Below are positions 36,442-49,101 of a stretch of DNA of 64,000 bases, one piece after another; the stretch's first letter is position 1; each line of letters begins with the position of its first letter. The translations under genes and the position numbers were made by a program. The stretch covers positions 22,444,001 through 22,508,000 of the forward strand of contig OZ281495.1 in NCBI GenBank assembly GCA_965637545.1. Direction: 5' to 3'. The notes beneath the pieces were generated by a model, which was not told where the DNA came from, ran no database searches, and saw only the letters and a list, made by a program, of their open reading frames with translations. The stretch comes from Phallusia mammillata. Its lineage: Eukaryota.

Positions 36442-38043
36442 TCAAGTTTTATTCTGTTTCTTGTATTCCTTGACCATTCGAGAAAAACATTGCAGGCCTT
36501 CGATGATGCCATCGTTCTTAGTGGCTGAGCACCCCTGGATGTTCCACTTTTGCCAAGCGGGAATATCGGACAAGCCAAGTTGCGGAACAAGGTCCTCAAC
36601 GGAATGAGCGATGCTAATGTCTTGCTTGTTGGCCAACACGAGGATGGGAATTCGTGACATTTCCACGTTAGATATAATGCTGAATAGTTCGTCCTTTGCC
36701 TCACTAAACCGAGAAGGATCAGCACTGTCCACAACGAATATCAAGCCTAAAAGAATGCGCATGTGATTACTGACTCAGTATAATCAAAGTATATATAAAA
36801 CACAAGTAGTCCAACCCATTGTTGCGCGTAGAGCCGCATGGACGTCAAATTAATACAGCAGGTATAGGGAAAAACACATGAATTGTCTGATTTTTGCAAA
36901 CTGGTGGGCTTTAACGCGAAATTAATAGGCAAAATCGAATAAAACTTTTGGTTTCTAACATTTGAGCGTGATAATGCACGCTGAATGCAAATATTTTAAA
37001 TTTTCAAGAAAAATAAGCGGCAAAATTTACATGAAACAAAGCAATTTAGCTTTTAATATTACGGTGAAATCTTAGAACCCGAAATTTTCATTCTATTTGG
37101 CGAATCAAATTCGCGTTTTAGCTCTTCAGTTTGTAAATATCAGACAATTTATGTGTTATTTTCCTCTACCCACAGTTCCATAGGCTTTATTGCGTAATTT
37201 ATGTGTTATTTTCCTCCACCCATAGCTCCATAGGCTTTATTGCGTAACAATAGGTTGGACGACTTGCGTTTTATACGGAGTACAATAATTTGTGCCGAAT
37301 CTGAATTTTCGCCATTTGGTAACGAAGATGTTAATCGCAAATAGAAAGTGAATGCTGCACAGAAACTCTAGATTGTTATCCGCTGTGTTTAAGTAATATA
37401 GAGTCCATCGAAAACAGGAATTGTGATAATCTGAATATAATTAAAACAATTGAACATTTGTGGAAATACACAATGTTGCTTTGTGACGTTAAAGACGACA
37501 GAATAATAATAATTGCAAAATCCATTGTTATTTTGCTATTCATTTTTAGCAAAACGTTTTTACCACCTGTGACAGGCATGTTAACCGGTGTTATACGAAG
37601 TTTCAGCACGAAAAAGGGACTAATAAACGTGATGACGTTTTATTGTTAAGCAGATCAGCTCACCTCCCGCCCCCTGATAGTAATGTCTCCACAGCTGACG
37701 TAGCTTGTTTTGGCCGCCCACGTCCCAAACCGTAAAGGTAAGGCCTTTGCATGGTGTTATTGTTTCCACATTAAAACCGATAGTTGGAATCGTTTTAACA
37801 ACTTGATCCATCTTCAGTCGGTACAAGATAGTTGTTTTGCCTGCAGAAATTAAGGTTACAAAACGCAGGAAAATTTATGTGGAATATTTCACTTTCGATT
37901 AAACGTTTAGCTTTTAACTGAGCGGTTTATGAAGTAGTCACTTTTTACCCACCTGCTGCATCAAGACCTAACATAAGTATCCGAACCGGGTCCGAATCGA
38001 AGGTCTTGAAAATATTTTCAAGTTTTGAGGCCAATGCCCCCAT
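36442..38043 (-). CDS. ARF-family small GTPase, ARL11/ARL14-like, paralogue B, 190 aa, 3 coding exons
   Basis: Exons (minus) 38043-37953, 37840-37664, 36746-36442; 573 nt. [15 protein letters not shown]; [15 protein letters not shown]; PTIGFNVET; WDVGGQNK; [10 protein letters not shown]; NKQD; WNIQGCSAT. Confidence 0.93.
36960..37280. mobile_element. Degenerate internal fragment of the 56894-57490 MITE family, with a local 50-bp tandem duplication
   Basis: Collinear with about 56990-57260 (AAAATAAGCGG, GCAATTTAGC, AATATTACG.TGAAAT, TAGGCTTTAT.GC.TAACAAT); the unit AATTTATGTGTTATTTTCCTC...TAGGCTTTATTGCGT occurs at 37146 and again at 37196. Confidence 0.7.
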
Positions 38044-39724
38044 TGGCGTCTTAATTACAGTTTGCTTATATAATTTACCTGCTTGCCTAACATAACAAAG
38101 AAATTTGTTAAACATTACCAACTGCTTCACCCTGCTGCATTTTATACATATATAGTAGCCTACGGATGCACTTTTGTGAAGTTGATAACTGGTCAATTTT
38201 GTCGGTCGAGAACTCTTTGGCGACATTCAAACCGTAAATCGCTTGTTGTCAAATTAATGCTCAGAAAACTAACATAGGCTAAACAATTTTAACACTCAGA
38301 ACGAAGGTTGGCTACAGCTTACAGAACTATAAAGTAAAAGCGGGATATCACAGCCAACATCACGCTGGATAATTCCAGTTATATCATTACTTGACTTACC
38401 ACTAAAACGAGTCAGATTTGCGGTTTTGACATTCTAAAACATTTTACGCTATGTCAAAGAACTTGTAATCGGGGTCACATCTAGAGCATTGCGAAATGTC
38501 AGCTAACCATGCAAAAACCAACAAACCTCATCAGCACTCACAGTTCGACAATTAGTTTAATTATAAAGCAAACTTAACAACCAGCATGCAAATCATGCGT
38601 AATTGTGTTGATTGTGCCAATAGACACTGCCTTCCCGTTCTGACTCATTCCTATCACCACTCACAGTTGGACCGCACAAGTGACGTATGGGTGGTGGCAA
38701 CTAGAACCACACCAACCCACACGAATGTAACTTTCTGGATGTGCCTTTTTTAGACATAACTATAGAAACATGTCAAGTAAGTTAGTTAAAATATGTGGCA
38801 AGCCACTAAGCAAAGTTATGAGAAAAATAGCTTGCCATTTTCCAAATTTTATTGTACCGCTTAAGGAGATTTCAAACGATATGACATTTATAAGCTCTTG
38901 TAAAATTATCCCTAGAATTTGGCTGAAAAATTGACAGTGTGGCATTTTTTGTTGACTCACGTTAAGTAAGTTTCGCAACGCCGGAACGAGTTAAGTTTTT
39001 GAACAGTCTGTAATCAAAAAACATTTCTATGTTTTAACCGCATGACTGCACACACTTCCCTGTGTTTCTTGGCGATTGTTTTCTTTCTATTTTAGCGAGA
39101 TGTATCAAAATTTTCGCGTTTAAGAATTCTGTTGTGCTATAATATCACTTTACTTTATTATCTGAAGTCTGGTTCAGGCAATATACACCCGCTGTGTCTT
39201 ATTGTTTGTTTAGAAATTCTCTTAAAACTGCCTCAACTGAAGTGGTGTTGCTTAAAACATCTGTCGACCGTTTTGAAAGTACATTGCACTTTGTTGCAAT
39301 ATATTTGGTGGATAAACATTTTAGTTTTTAGTTTAAACGTAGAAAAAGCAACATACCAGGGGACATGAGGTGTTCAAGTTACCTCAAAAAAGTTTAAAGC
39401 TTCATTAGTAAAAGTATATACCTTACCCTTAAATAAATTAGTTAAAAACATATACCTAAATAAACCAATAATGGTAGTTGCTCAAAAACCTTGAAACCTG
39501 GTTAAAGGAACCACCTAAGCTACAAAATGGCTGCATTCTATTTCTTTAAACACTGCTATGTAAACATAGTGGAGGATGTGTACCATGTAAAGAATGATTG
39601 TTTGGCAAACAAACCTCATATTTACAGTAGTTGATTGTATTTACAGGAAAGGGGCACATTATATTAATTTTTGTTTCATTGCCGAACACTGAAAATCTTT
39701 TTGCACTATTCACTGTTGTTTAAT

Positions 39725-40174
39725 ATGGATGAGACAAAGTCAGGAGCTGACCAGTTAAAAGAAAAATACTTGGAGCTCAAATGCTCAATACTGCACAAAA
39801 AATGCAATGAAATACAAGGCAAAAACAATGCAACCATAGAACACTTATGTCAACTGCAAAAAGTGGTCAAGCGACAACAAAGAAAAAGGGGAATGCTGTT
39901 AAAACGTCTTCTCCTGCATGGCGACAAACTCAGAATGGCCAAACTAAGATTTATGCTAGATGATAGAAGTGATCCAACAATGGTTGAAATTAGTGACTTT
40001 ATCAAGCAGAGACAGTTGTTACAAAAAGGCACTGTTAGTCATGTGTCAAAGCAAAGTAAAGACTTTAAATTAATAGCAAATGAAAAAGAACCCAGGGTTT
40101 CTATTATTAAGGTAGAACAATCTCCTAAAGATGATGGTTCTCCACCAGAAAACGTGGTAGATCACTCATTATGA
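39725..40174 (+). CDS. TFPT: TCF3 fusion partner / INO80 subunit F-like coiled-coil protein, 149 aa, single coding exon
   Basis: KYLELKCSILHKKCNEIQGKNNATIEHLCQLQKVVKRQQRKRGMLLKRLLLHGDKLRMAKLRFMLDD aligns with the TFPT core [62 protein letters not shown]. Acceptor ttacag ends at 39646; first ATG at 39725. Confidence 0.75.
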   Translation: MDETKSGADQLKEKYLELKCSILHKKCNEIQGKNNATIEHLCQLQKVVKRQQRKRGMLLKRLLLHGDKLRMAKLRFMLDDRSDPTMVEISDFIKQRQLLQKGTVSHVSKQSKDFKLIANEKEPRVSIIKVEQSPKDDGSPPENVVDHSL

Positions 40175-40345
40175 TGCATTGAATTTCCCGGTTTCAACAC
40201 GTCAGCATGTATATATATTTTCGAAGCAACAATTTTTTAGCCACTTTTCTACAGGCTACAAAAGTTATCATCTTATTAGATTGCTAGGAATAAACTTCAA
40301 AAACATTTTGATCAACAGATTTTGAAATCCTTGTTAAGCTGAACA

Positions 40346-43300
40346 ATGCCATTGTCATCTGTTGCAGTTATTATTTCCTCTTTTTTGTTCTACTGTTGGT
40401 ACTACTTCCTTCACTATGGAAAGGTATCAAATTGTGTGGTTTTGTATTTTTTCTGCTTTACTAATTGTGTTGTGTTCATGAAATGCTTTAATAGCAACAT
40501 AAACAAAAAAAGATATTCAACTTTGAAGGTTGAAATGTGTTTGTACCAAGTGGGTTTTAAAAGAAAGGTTTATACAAAAGAGTTTCGTCCCCAGTTTACA
40601 TAAAAAGTAAAACAGTTGAAAATGTTGTTTCAGAGTTTCTGAACAACATGTAGAGCTTTTTAACCGAGCATTTAATAAATTCTTGCGACTACGTTCTTTG
40701 GTCATTGAGTTAGAATTGGTTTGTCAAAAACTTTACAGAAGCCGGAAGTTTATAAAAAGCAATCGTCCAAGTTTTCAGCGTTCCTAGAAAACCATGTCAA
40801 GTCGGTTTCGAAACCGTATTGGTCACTTTTCTGGAGCCCAGGAGGAAAGTTACAAACCATTGTTGCCGCAATTTTGCCTCGTTTCTACAATGAAATATAT
40901 TACTGGTTCGTGCCTGAGAGTGCTTTTATGACACATTTGCTTTTTTTAAAAAAGGTAACAGCTGCTGGACGTAATTGTTAAAAAGTGTGTTTACGTTTAA
41001 AATCAATATATCGATTTTTCTAACACAGATCGTTGGAGAGTACTTGTGTAATTAACGCAACGTATTTGCAGGAAAGAAACGGTCGAAACGCCAGACGGGG
41101 GCAAGTTTGGTTTGGCCTGGGCTAGTAATTCGAGAACGGACAATGTCTGCGAACCTCTGGTGGTAATATTTCCAGGATTGGTTTCAAGTTCCACAACGGG
41201 CTACGTCCAGTTGATGGTTCAAGAAATAATAAACAAAGGATTTTCTGCTGTGGTTATGGTTAACCGTGGAATTGAAATTCCCTGCCAGGTTGGAACATAT
41301 AGTTTTAATACAAATACACATATGATTACCACTAATTTGACTGTTCTTGCACAATTCCCAGAATTCGACATTTTTTTGTGCAACCTACACCACAGACATG
41401 GAATTGGCAATTAACACAATTAAAAAGAGGTTTCCCAAACGTCCAGTTGCCGCGGCTGGCGTGTCGTTTGGCGGGTAGGTATAATTTAAACTCGTTACTA
41501 TAGGCCAGGGGTCACCAAACTACGGCCCGCGAGGTCATTTCATCCGGCCCTCCACCACATTTTTTGATTTGTCAAATCGTATTCATAACTTTGTATCATT
41601 CAAAAATTAATCTACTTGTTACGAAAAATGTAATAATATTACCCAGTTTAATAGGATTACAACGCCCAGGATTGATCCAAAGTCAGTTTGTTACGTCACA
41701 GACAAGACTACTATAGTGTCAATTGTGCGCAAACAAATTCCTTTACTTGTGACGTAACATACAAGCATTGCTTGTAAGAGACGACCTATACAATTAACAG
41801 TCGCATCACCAGATAATAAATGGGATTGTAGCAAGGCTAAATCTTGGCGCACCTAGAAAAATCGCCTCGCGGGCTAAGTTTTGAAAGGCGGCGGTAGGAC
41901 ATGTAAACTATGTGGCCCGCGCGAATTATTTTTACACTTATCCGGCCCGAAGTCAAAAAAGTTTGGTGACCCCTGCTATAGGCATACTAAATTGACACAA
42001 TGCCTAAATTCATTACCTGTTAGGTTAGTTTTTAAATTTGCACACAGTTTTATGAGAAGAAAAATTATGTGTTCAGATTGCTGTTGAGTCGATATCTGGC
42101 CCTTAAGGGCGAGAGCAGTAAACTTCAAGCGGCATTTGTCTACTCATGTCCTTATAGTCCGGTGGAGTGCTCGATTAGCATGGAAAAGTGGAACCATTGG
42201 CTACTGATGAACGTATCCGTCACCAGTGGCCTTATGTCCGTTTACAGAAAGTAAGACATGTATTGCTATCAAGTATTGAAAATGGCATACAGGGGCTCTG
42301 TACACGCGTGTTGACGTAACAAAACAAGCACAATCAAGGTTTACTGGCATTGGTCTGATGATGTTCTGATAAACCTTGGCTAGTCAATTCCTAAACTTTT
42401 TGTAGCACCATGGTTATATTTGCTGTTTAAATATTTGTTTGTTGATTTTCACGCAGATCCAAGGACAAATTCGATGGTTTGGTCGATCACCACACGATAA
42501 AAAGAGTATGCAGCGTTCGACAGTTCGACAGCGAAATGACTGCAAAGTTGGTTTACATACCTTACCTCTTAAGTTAAACAGTGCTTGTGCGTGTAGGCTG
42601 TTTAACTTAAGAAAGTATATAGACCTATATACAAATCACAACAGATAAAACCAAATTGAAACTATAATCGCTGAAATATATATCCACCTATGCCTTTTCG
42701 TAAAACATTTTTACATATACATTGCTTACTGTAGAACAAAGCACTTCAAAAAACTGGAATTATTTTTCCTTTAATGGAGCATTAGTGCTCAGACTAACGC
42801 AAAAGATTCTTTTTATAATTATATTTCTTGTACTTTTTCCGCTTTAAAATGTTTCATGGTAAAGAAGTTTTATACTTAAAACAGAAGTGTAACACCAGTG
42901 CCAATGTATCAAAAAGTAAAACTTTTTTTAGGGTGTTTGGATACAAAACAGTGGATCATTACTACAAAGACGGTGTAATCACAAGCAAGTTTATACACTC
43001 CATCCGAACTCCTACCCTTTGTTTGTGTGCTAATGATGACGCCTTTGTTCCAGTGAAAAGTGAGTGTTTGGTTTCAACGAATGCTGAAAGATAGTTGAAA
43101 AGTCAAACGTATTGTGTGGATAACCTTAATTGGTAGCACGTAGGGTGTAGTTGCTTTGGTGTACATGTAAACTTGCTGGTATTTTATACTTCGTAAATAC
43201 TCCAGGTGTTTTTTTAGGTATTCCCTGCTCTGACATATCGCAAACAGATTACGTTGCCATGATGATAACAAATGGTGGAGGTCACGTAGGTCATCTGCAA

Positions 43301-43405
43301 GGCATTAACCCCTATTCAACTCCCTACTTTGTTGATGTTTTGACAGACTATTTCTCTGCAGTGTTTAACTACTCAGAGGCATTGCCAACAACCGGATGTA
43401 CCTGA
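40346..43405 (+). CDS. ABHD3: ABHD1/ABHD3-like alpha/beta hydrolase (phospholipase-type), copy 1, 384 aa, 8 exons
   Basis: Exons 40346-40423, 40739-40905, 41072-41288, 41362-41474, 42077-42250, 42457-42546, 42932-43059, 43218-43405. N-terminal TM anchor; TPDGG; PGLVSSS; NRG; nucleophile GVSFGG; acid ANDDAF; base GGGHVG; FGYKTVDHYY. Confidence 0.88.
41506..41975. mobile_element. 470-bp hAT MITE in intron 4 of ABHD copy 1
   Basis: TIRs CAGGGGTCACCAAAC / GTTTGGTGACCCCTG; perfect TSD CTATAGGC (41498-41505 and 41976-41983); subterminal CGGCCCGCG motifs. Confidence 0.93.
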
Positions 43406-44780
43406 TAAAATTGATTTTCGTTTCGGCATCAAAATATGTCTAAGTTATTTAGTTGAATTTGTCACTGTTTAGTTTACACTTTTCGTCTACGCTTACTGTG
43501 GTTCTTTGTGTTGTTCGATTTTTTGCCGCTTTTCCCCCTTGTAAATACAAAGTGAGATCGATTTGAATAATTGTCCACGTTTGATTTCACACTGTTACAA
43601 CAGTTTTCAAACAAAAAAGAAAACAAAAAAATTGTTTGTGTCAGTTTGTTTTCAGTTGAAAGCGTCGCCATATGCAAGGGCTTGCTCTTCCACTGACAAT
43701 CTCACTTTCGAATAATATCTCCTTTAGTTACATGAATATACTTTGGGGCAAGTGTGTTCCTACTAAATATTTCGTTTAAGAGGGTTACAAACCACACTTT
43801 TTTCGTCACTTTTGGTTTCACCAATGGTAAATTCGATTTGATGGAAATATACGAATGCTGATAGTATCAGAATTGTTTGAAAGGAAATTAAGGAATGAAA
43901 TTAAAATATTTCTCCATAAACTTGTTTTGTTGGATTTAGGCAAATCATGTTGTTACGGTTTATTACATAACTTTAAATAATGGCCCGGAAGGCCAGAATG
44001 GGAAAAACTCGAGTGCCTTTTTTTAAAGACTCAAATTAAGTCGAGTCTAGTTGTGAAAAGACTTGGCCTTATTTGGACTCGGCACACCATGCCACTTTTT
44101 GTAGTATATAATTTTTTTTGTACTAAACCTGTTTAGTTGGCTTTAATCATACAGTAGCAACACTTAACTGTTGCGATGTGTAGTCGTTTTTTGCTTAATC
44201 TTTACATGATTGCCCATGTGTAACGTCACAACTGCATGCAACTATTTTGTGTCAGGGTTGACGTTTCTGTCTACGCGGTATATTGTCAAATATAAAAGTT
44301 GGCTTTGAAATGGGTACAACATGGTAGAGCTAGTAAACTGCCGAAACGTTGTGATGTTTGAAACTTAAAGACTGGCTTAATATCATTTTAAATCAGATTA
44401 TTTTTAATAACTTTTAAAAATTAGCTTGACTTATTTAGGATGGGACTCGTTAATCAACCCTGAGATTAGGACCCTTGCAACTCATTCGGCCCCATATTGT
44501 ACTTTCGGGACGCGTGATCTAGTTCTAGTAGGAGATTAGGTAAAAAAATGTGCTGTAATAATGATTGAAGCGAAAAAATTCGTTTGGGTTAATCGGAATT
44601 GATTCATCAGTAAATCAAAGAATGATTACGATACCAAGTGAAAAACAATAGCCAAACGGTATTGTGGTATTGTAGAGAATAACAGTTGCATATTAGGTAC
44701 TTTCCCAGCATGAAAACGGTTCGGGTTTGGTAAACTCTGTTAGTCAAGAGTTTTTTTGCAGATTGTGTTACTGCAGCTGA

Positions 44781-44821
44781 CTTCCGTTTCCTGTTCGTGT
44801 TCAGTGTTTTGACAGGTAGTT
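44781..44821 (+). promoter_or_regulatory. Putative promoter and non-coding first-exon donor of ABHD copy 2
   Basis: Tandem ETS/GABP-type cores CTTCCG-TTTCCTG at 44781-44793, then CAG|GTAGT donor at 44816; matching acceptor ttatcgcag ends at 45429, 67 nt before the ATG. Confidence 0.4.
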
Positions 44822-45496
44822 TTTCCATATGGGTTTACCATACGCCCTTTTAGCAGGGACAGTTCATTGCCGCGTCCTAGTTTGGCATTAGTTTTTTGTA
44901 ACTGTGGCAAAAATTGCATTGTTACATCACAGAGGAAATGTGAGCTGATTGTTTCTGTAATTGCTAAAAAGTGTGGTTTGCTAGATTTGTGGTGCTGTAA
45001 GTGTGAGAGTCAACATGCTAAATTAAAAATGCATAAAAAATGCAGTTTAAATAATGAGATTAAAAAATATCACCTAAATATAAACTAAACAATTGATTTA
45101 AAATTTATAATGCATTTGTTGTCGACCTATTAATCATATACTTTGTTTTTCTGCTTGTTTAAAAGTAACTTAGTTAAATATGAAAAGTATGGTATGCCGC
45201 TATGCTTACATATGGTCCGCAGGTACAATATTTTTAGCAAATGAATATATGGATATAGCTTTTGGGGTATGGTCAAAGTAGAGCATGCACAAATATGTCT
45301 GTATTTCAGTGCTATTACTGATTTTTGGGAATGGTGTAGAACATAACTATGGAGATATTGAGGGGTCTCGTTTTTGAGGTGATTTGGCTAGTTATCAATT
45401 TGTCAATGGTTTGTTTTTTGTTATCGCAGACTACAGTTATCCAGACTGTTTATTGCTTTGGATTCCCAGTAGTTCTGTTTTCTGCACACTAAAGAA

Positions 45497-48400
45497 ATGG
45501 CCCTGTCGCCAACTGCTGTGCTTGTTTCTTCATTTTTGTTTTACTGTGGATATTACTTTATGCATTATGGAAAGGTGAGGAAATGATTTATACATGTAAA
45601 TACAAAAACTTTAACTGTTAAAATTATTTTATTTATGTTGTTGACAGCAACCACAGGTGTACAAAAAGAAAACATCCAAGTTCTCTCATTTCCTGGATAA
45701 CTATGTGACAACTCTAGTGAAACCATTTTGGTCTTTCTTTGTTGTGCCTGGTGGAAGGTTTCAAACAATAGTTGCAGCTCTTTTACCCAGGGATTACAAA
45801 GTCTCATACTATAGGTAATCTGGGAGAAAGAGTTTTAATCTTGTAGGATATTTATGTCTGTAAAGCTTTTTTGTCATTAAAGATGCCTTTATGCCACAAT
45901 TGTCCCAAAACATGCTTGCTTAATACAGACTCTTCCACTTTCGGTTTCATATATTTAGTAAAACAACTAAAACTTCCAGCCCACTTTAATCAGTGTGTAA
46001 GTTTTAGCTGTGTCACCAATTTTTAATATATAATGGTTTACAGTTTATTTTAACGGTTTTTGTACAGCATTATAATGTGATAAATAGATGATTTGACTTT
46101 TTCACTGTTTCAGGAAAGAAAACATTTCAACACCTGATGGGGGTGAGTTTCTTTTAGCATGGGCAAGTCCAGGTAACAAAGATGAACCAACCAAACCACT
46201 TGTTGTGATATTTCCTGGTCTAGTTTCCAGATCAACATCTGGTTATGTGCAGATCATTGTTAAGGAACTTATTAAATTAGGGTTTTCAGCTGTTGTTATG
46301 GGCAACCGGGGCATAGAAATACCATGTCAGGTATGTTGTATGCTAACATGTAGCTTTAACCTTTCAAATTAACTTCCAATTGTGTTACAGACTGGCAAAG
46401 CTTTTTGTGCAGCTGACACTAATGACATGCAACTAGCAGTGAACACAATTAGGGAAAGGTATCCAAACCGTCTCATTGCTGGTGTGGGTATTTCATTTGG
46501 AGGGTAAGTTTCAATGTAACAACTCTTGTTAAGGATTTGTTCTTTCTGGGTAGTAGCTTATATTAGATTTTTTGTTTAATTGCAGTTCAAAATGTGAAAA
46601 CACATTTAGTTGTGAATTGTGATGTTTTGTGTGTATCTTACCATTAAGTTTGACATGAAACTATGTCTTTTCTATGCATTTTTTAGCAGCTTGTCCAATT
46701 GTAATGTTTGAATGACTTTTATTTAGATTACTTCTATCTCGCTACTTGGCCCAAAAAGGTGAAAATAGCAAATTACAAGCTGCTTTTGTCTACTGCTGTC
46801 CTTTCAACCCTGTTGCTGGATCTGTAAACCTGGAAAAATGGGACAACTGGCTGCTTTACAATGTTTTTCTTACAAATGATCTGCTAAAAATTTATGACAG
46901 GTGTTATTTGTGTGTTAAAAAGTTGTTTGTGATCTTGTTTAACATTAAAATAAGAAGAAGGTTCGTCTTTTAATTTTTTTATGTGTGTATAAAAATGATT
47001 AAATACTGTAAATTGTCTCACAATAGACCGTCACACATAAAACGTTTTTGTTTCTTCAACCAAACTGATTACACAAAAATTTTCTTCAGAAACAACAAGC
47101 TTATCTTAAAAATTGGATTTAACATTCATTTATCGCTGTTCGCTGATTGACCTCTGAAGCAACGTCATTTACTGTACTTTGGACTTTGTCTTACCACCTA
47201 TATTTGTTTTGACGTAGGTCTCGAGAAAAATTTGTTGGCGTTGTCGACCACCAAAAGTTGAAGCGAGTGCGGAGTATCAGAGAGTTTGACATTCATATGA
47301 CGGCCAAGTATGTCCTCTGTTTGTTGCGTTGTATGGCTTTTTGAGGTTAATGATTTCAAATTCAAGCATCATATTTGTCACCGTCAGGTTCACGGGCTCG
47401 GAGCTACTAACCCTGTAATATCACCCTCATTACAGCACGGGCCGAAAAACACTTGAATAACAAATTGTCATGCATTGAATTATGTATGGAAATTGGTGTT
47501 TTTGCCTGAGGTTTAGTTGTAAATTTTCGGGGAAACGAGGATGTTTCATCGTATCCATGGCATTTGAAACCCGTTTAATATTTAATCGACCAACGCATGA
47601 CACTTTGTTAAGTTCTTCTTGATAACAACACAAACAGTTACCTTTACCTAGAATTCGTAACCTCCACACATGTTTTAATAATACAGCATTTGTTTTTTTG
47701 CACTAGATTTTGAATTGTATTAATGTATAGTACGCAAATTGTGTTTACAAAACTTAAAAATTGATTTACATTGATTTCAATTCAAACAAGACCAATAAAT
47801 ATTTTGTGAGAAATATTAATTTCACTCACGCCATAAAGTAGTGAACACAAACACTTGAACATACATTTGGTTTATTGTTGTTCCACATGTTTTTTACCAA
47901 CTTCATTTTTTCAGAGTGTTTGGTTACGAATCGGTTGATCACTATTACAAGGATAGCGTGATAACCACCAAATTCCTGCACTCCATCAAAACACCAACTT
48001 TGTGTTTATGCGCCGATGACGACGCGTTTGTCCCCATCAAAAGTAAGTTACTGAGGTACTGAAAAATGAGTCAAATACTTTTTAATATAGTTCCGAAACG
48101 TTGACGCTTAAATCCCTGATCGTCGTTTTTGTCTTCTTAACTTCTGTTTTTCCTTTTTGTTAAATACATAAGGGGTGTTAGGGGTACCAATTTTTTAATT
48201 TTAATTACAATGTCTGTCAATTACAAGGTTTAAAACTTGATTGGCGTAAATAATGAGTTGAGTGTTGAAATACAGTGGTTTAAATACCTATTTTCAAGAT
48301 AAAAACACTAACATATACCTTTAAGTTAACTGTCATTAATTGGAAACGCAACCGTTAATCTGTAAATTTATAGATTTTGCCTACTTCTTAAAAACATCAT

Positions 48401-49101
48401 GGAAGTAACGTTGGGGACTGGTTTGTGTCATTGTCCTGTTTGACGTTGTACAGCCTGTAATATTCTTTGTTTTCCTCAAAACCACCCTCTTTTCCCCAAC
48501 ACTTTTAAGACACCTTTGACTGGTTCCACCAACGTTACCTTTCCGGTTGTGTTTACTTACCGTGCACCAAACTCACTTTCTTGTGAGCTCCCGTTAAGTA
48601 ACGCTGTATAATTCGGTGTAGCTGCAACCCATTAAACACCAAGTACGCCTTCCATATTTTTGCGCTACTTAACGTTTCTACGTTGAGCGGCTATTTTCGG
48701 CTCTGTGATTTTTTGGTACGATTGTGTCGCTATGGTTTTCACCATACCAAAGTAAACTGATATCAAATGTCTGTACGCCAAACGACCTTCAAATGTTGTT
48801 TGTGGAAGTGTCCGCGTCCACAATTTCGTCCTTTTTTGTCATAAGTTCAACAAAACCTTGACAGTATCTAATTTGTTTGCATTTTATATTGCTTACAGGC
48901 CTTCCCTACCAGGAAATGGCACAGACCGATTACATTGCCATAGCAATCACCCACGGCGGGGGTCATGTTGGGCATCTGCAAGGAATAAATCCCCTTTCCA
49001 CCCCATATTTTGTGGAGATGATGATGGATTACTTCACAGCGGTGTTTAACCACTCTGACGAGTTGCCTGAAATAGAGAAACCAACTTATTCTGTGCAATG
49101 A
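45497..49101 (+). CDS. ABHD3: ABHD1/ABHD3-like alpha/beta hydrolase, copy 2, 389 aa, 8 exons
   Basis: Exons 45497-45574, 45648-45814, 46114-46330, 46391-46503, 46727-46900, 47218-47307, 47915-48042, 48899-49101. The first seven exon lengths equal those of copy 1 (78,167,217,113,174,90,128). Triad GISFGG / ADDDAF / GGGHVG intact. Confidence 0.88.

Noticed and set aside
39671-39724. N-terminal extension of the TFPT ORF in the ORF track
   Set aside because: It starts at TTG; the first ATG is at 39725.
43474-44828. Possible small spliced minus-strand gene with basic peptides (ORFs 44607-44828 and 43474-43677)
   Set aside because: The splice phases do not join the two listed ORFs, and the upstream part is better explained as the ABHD copy 2 promoter.
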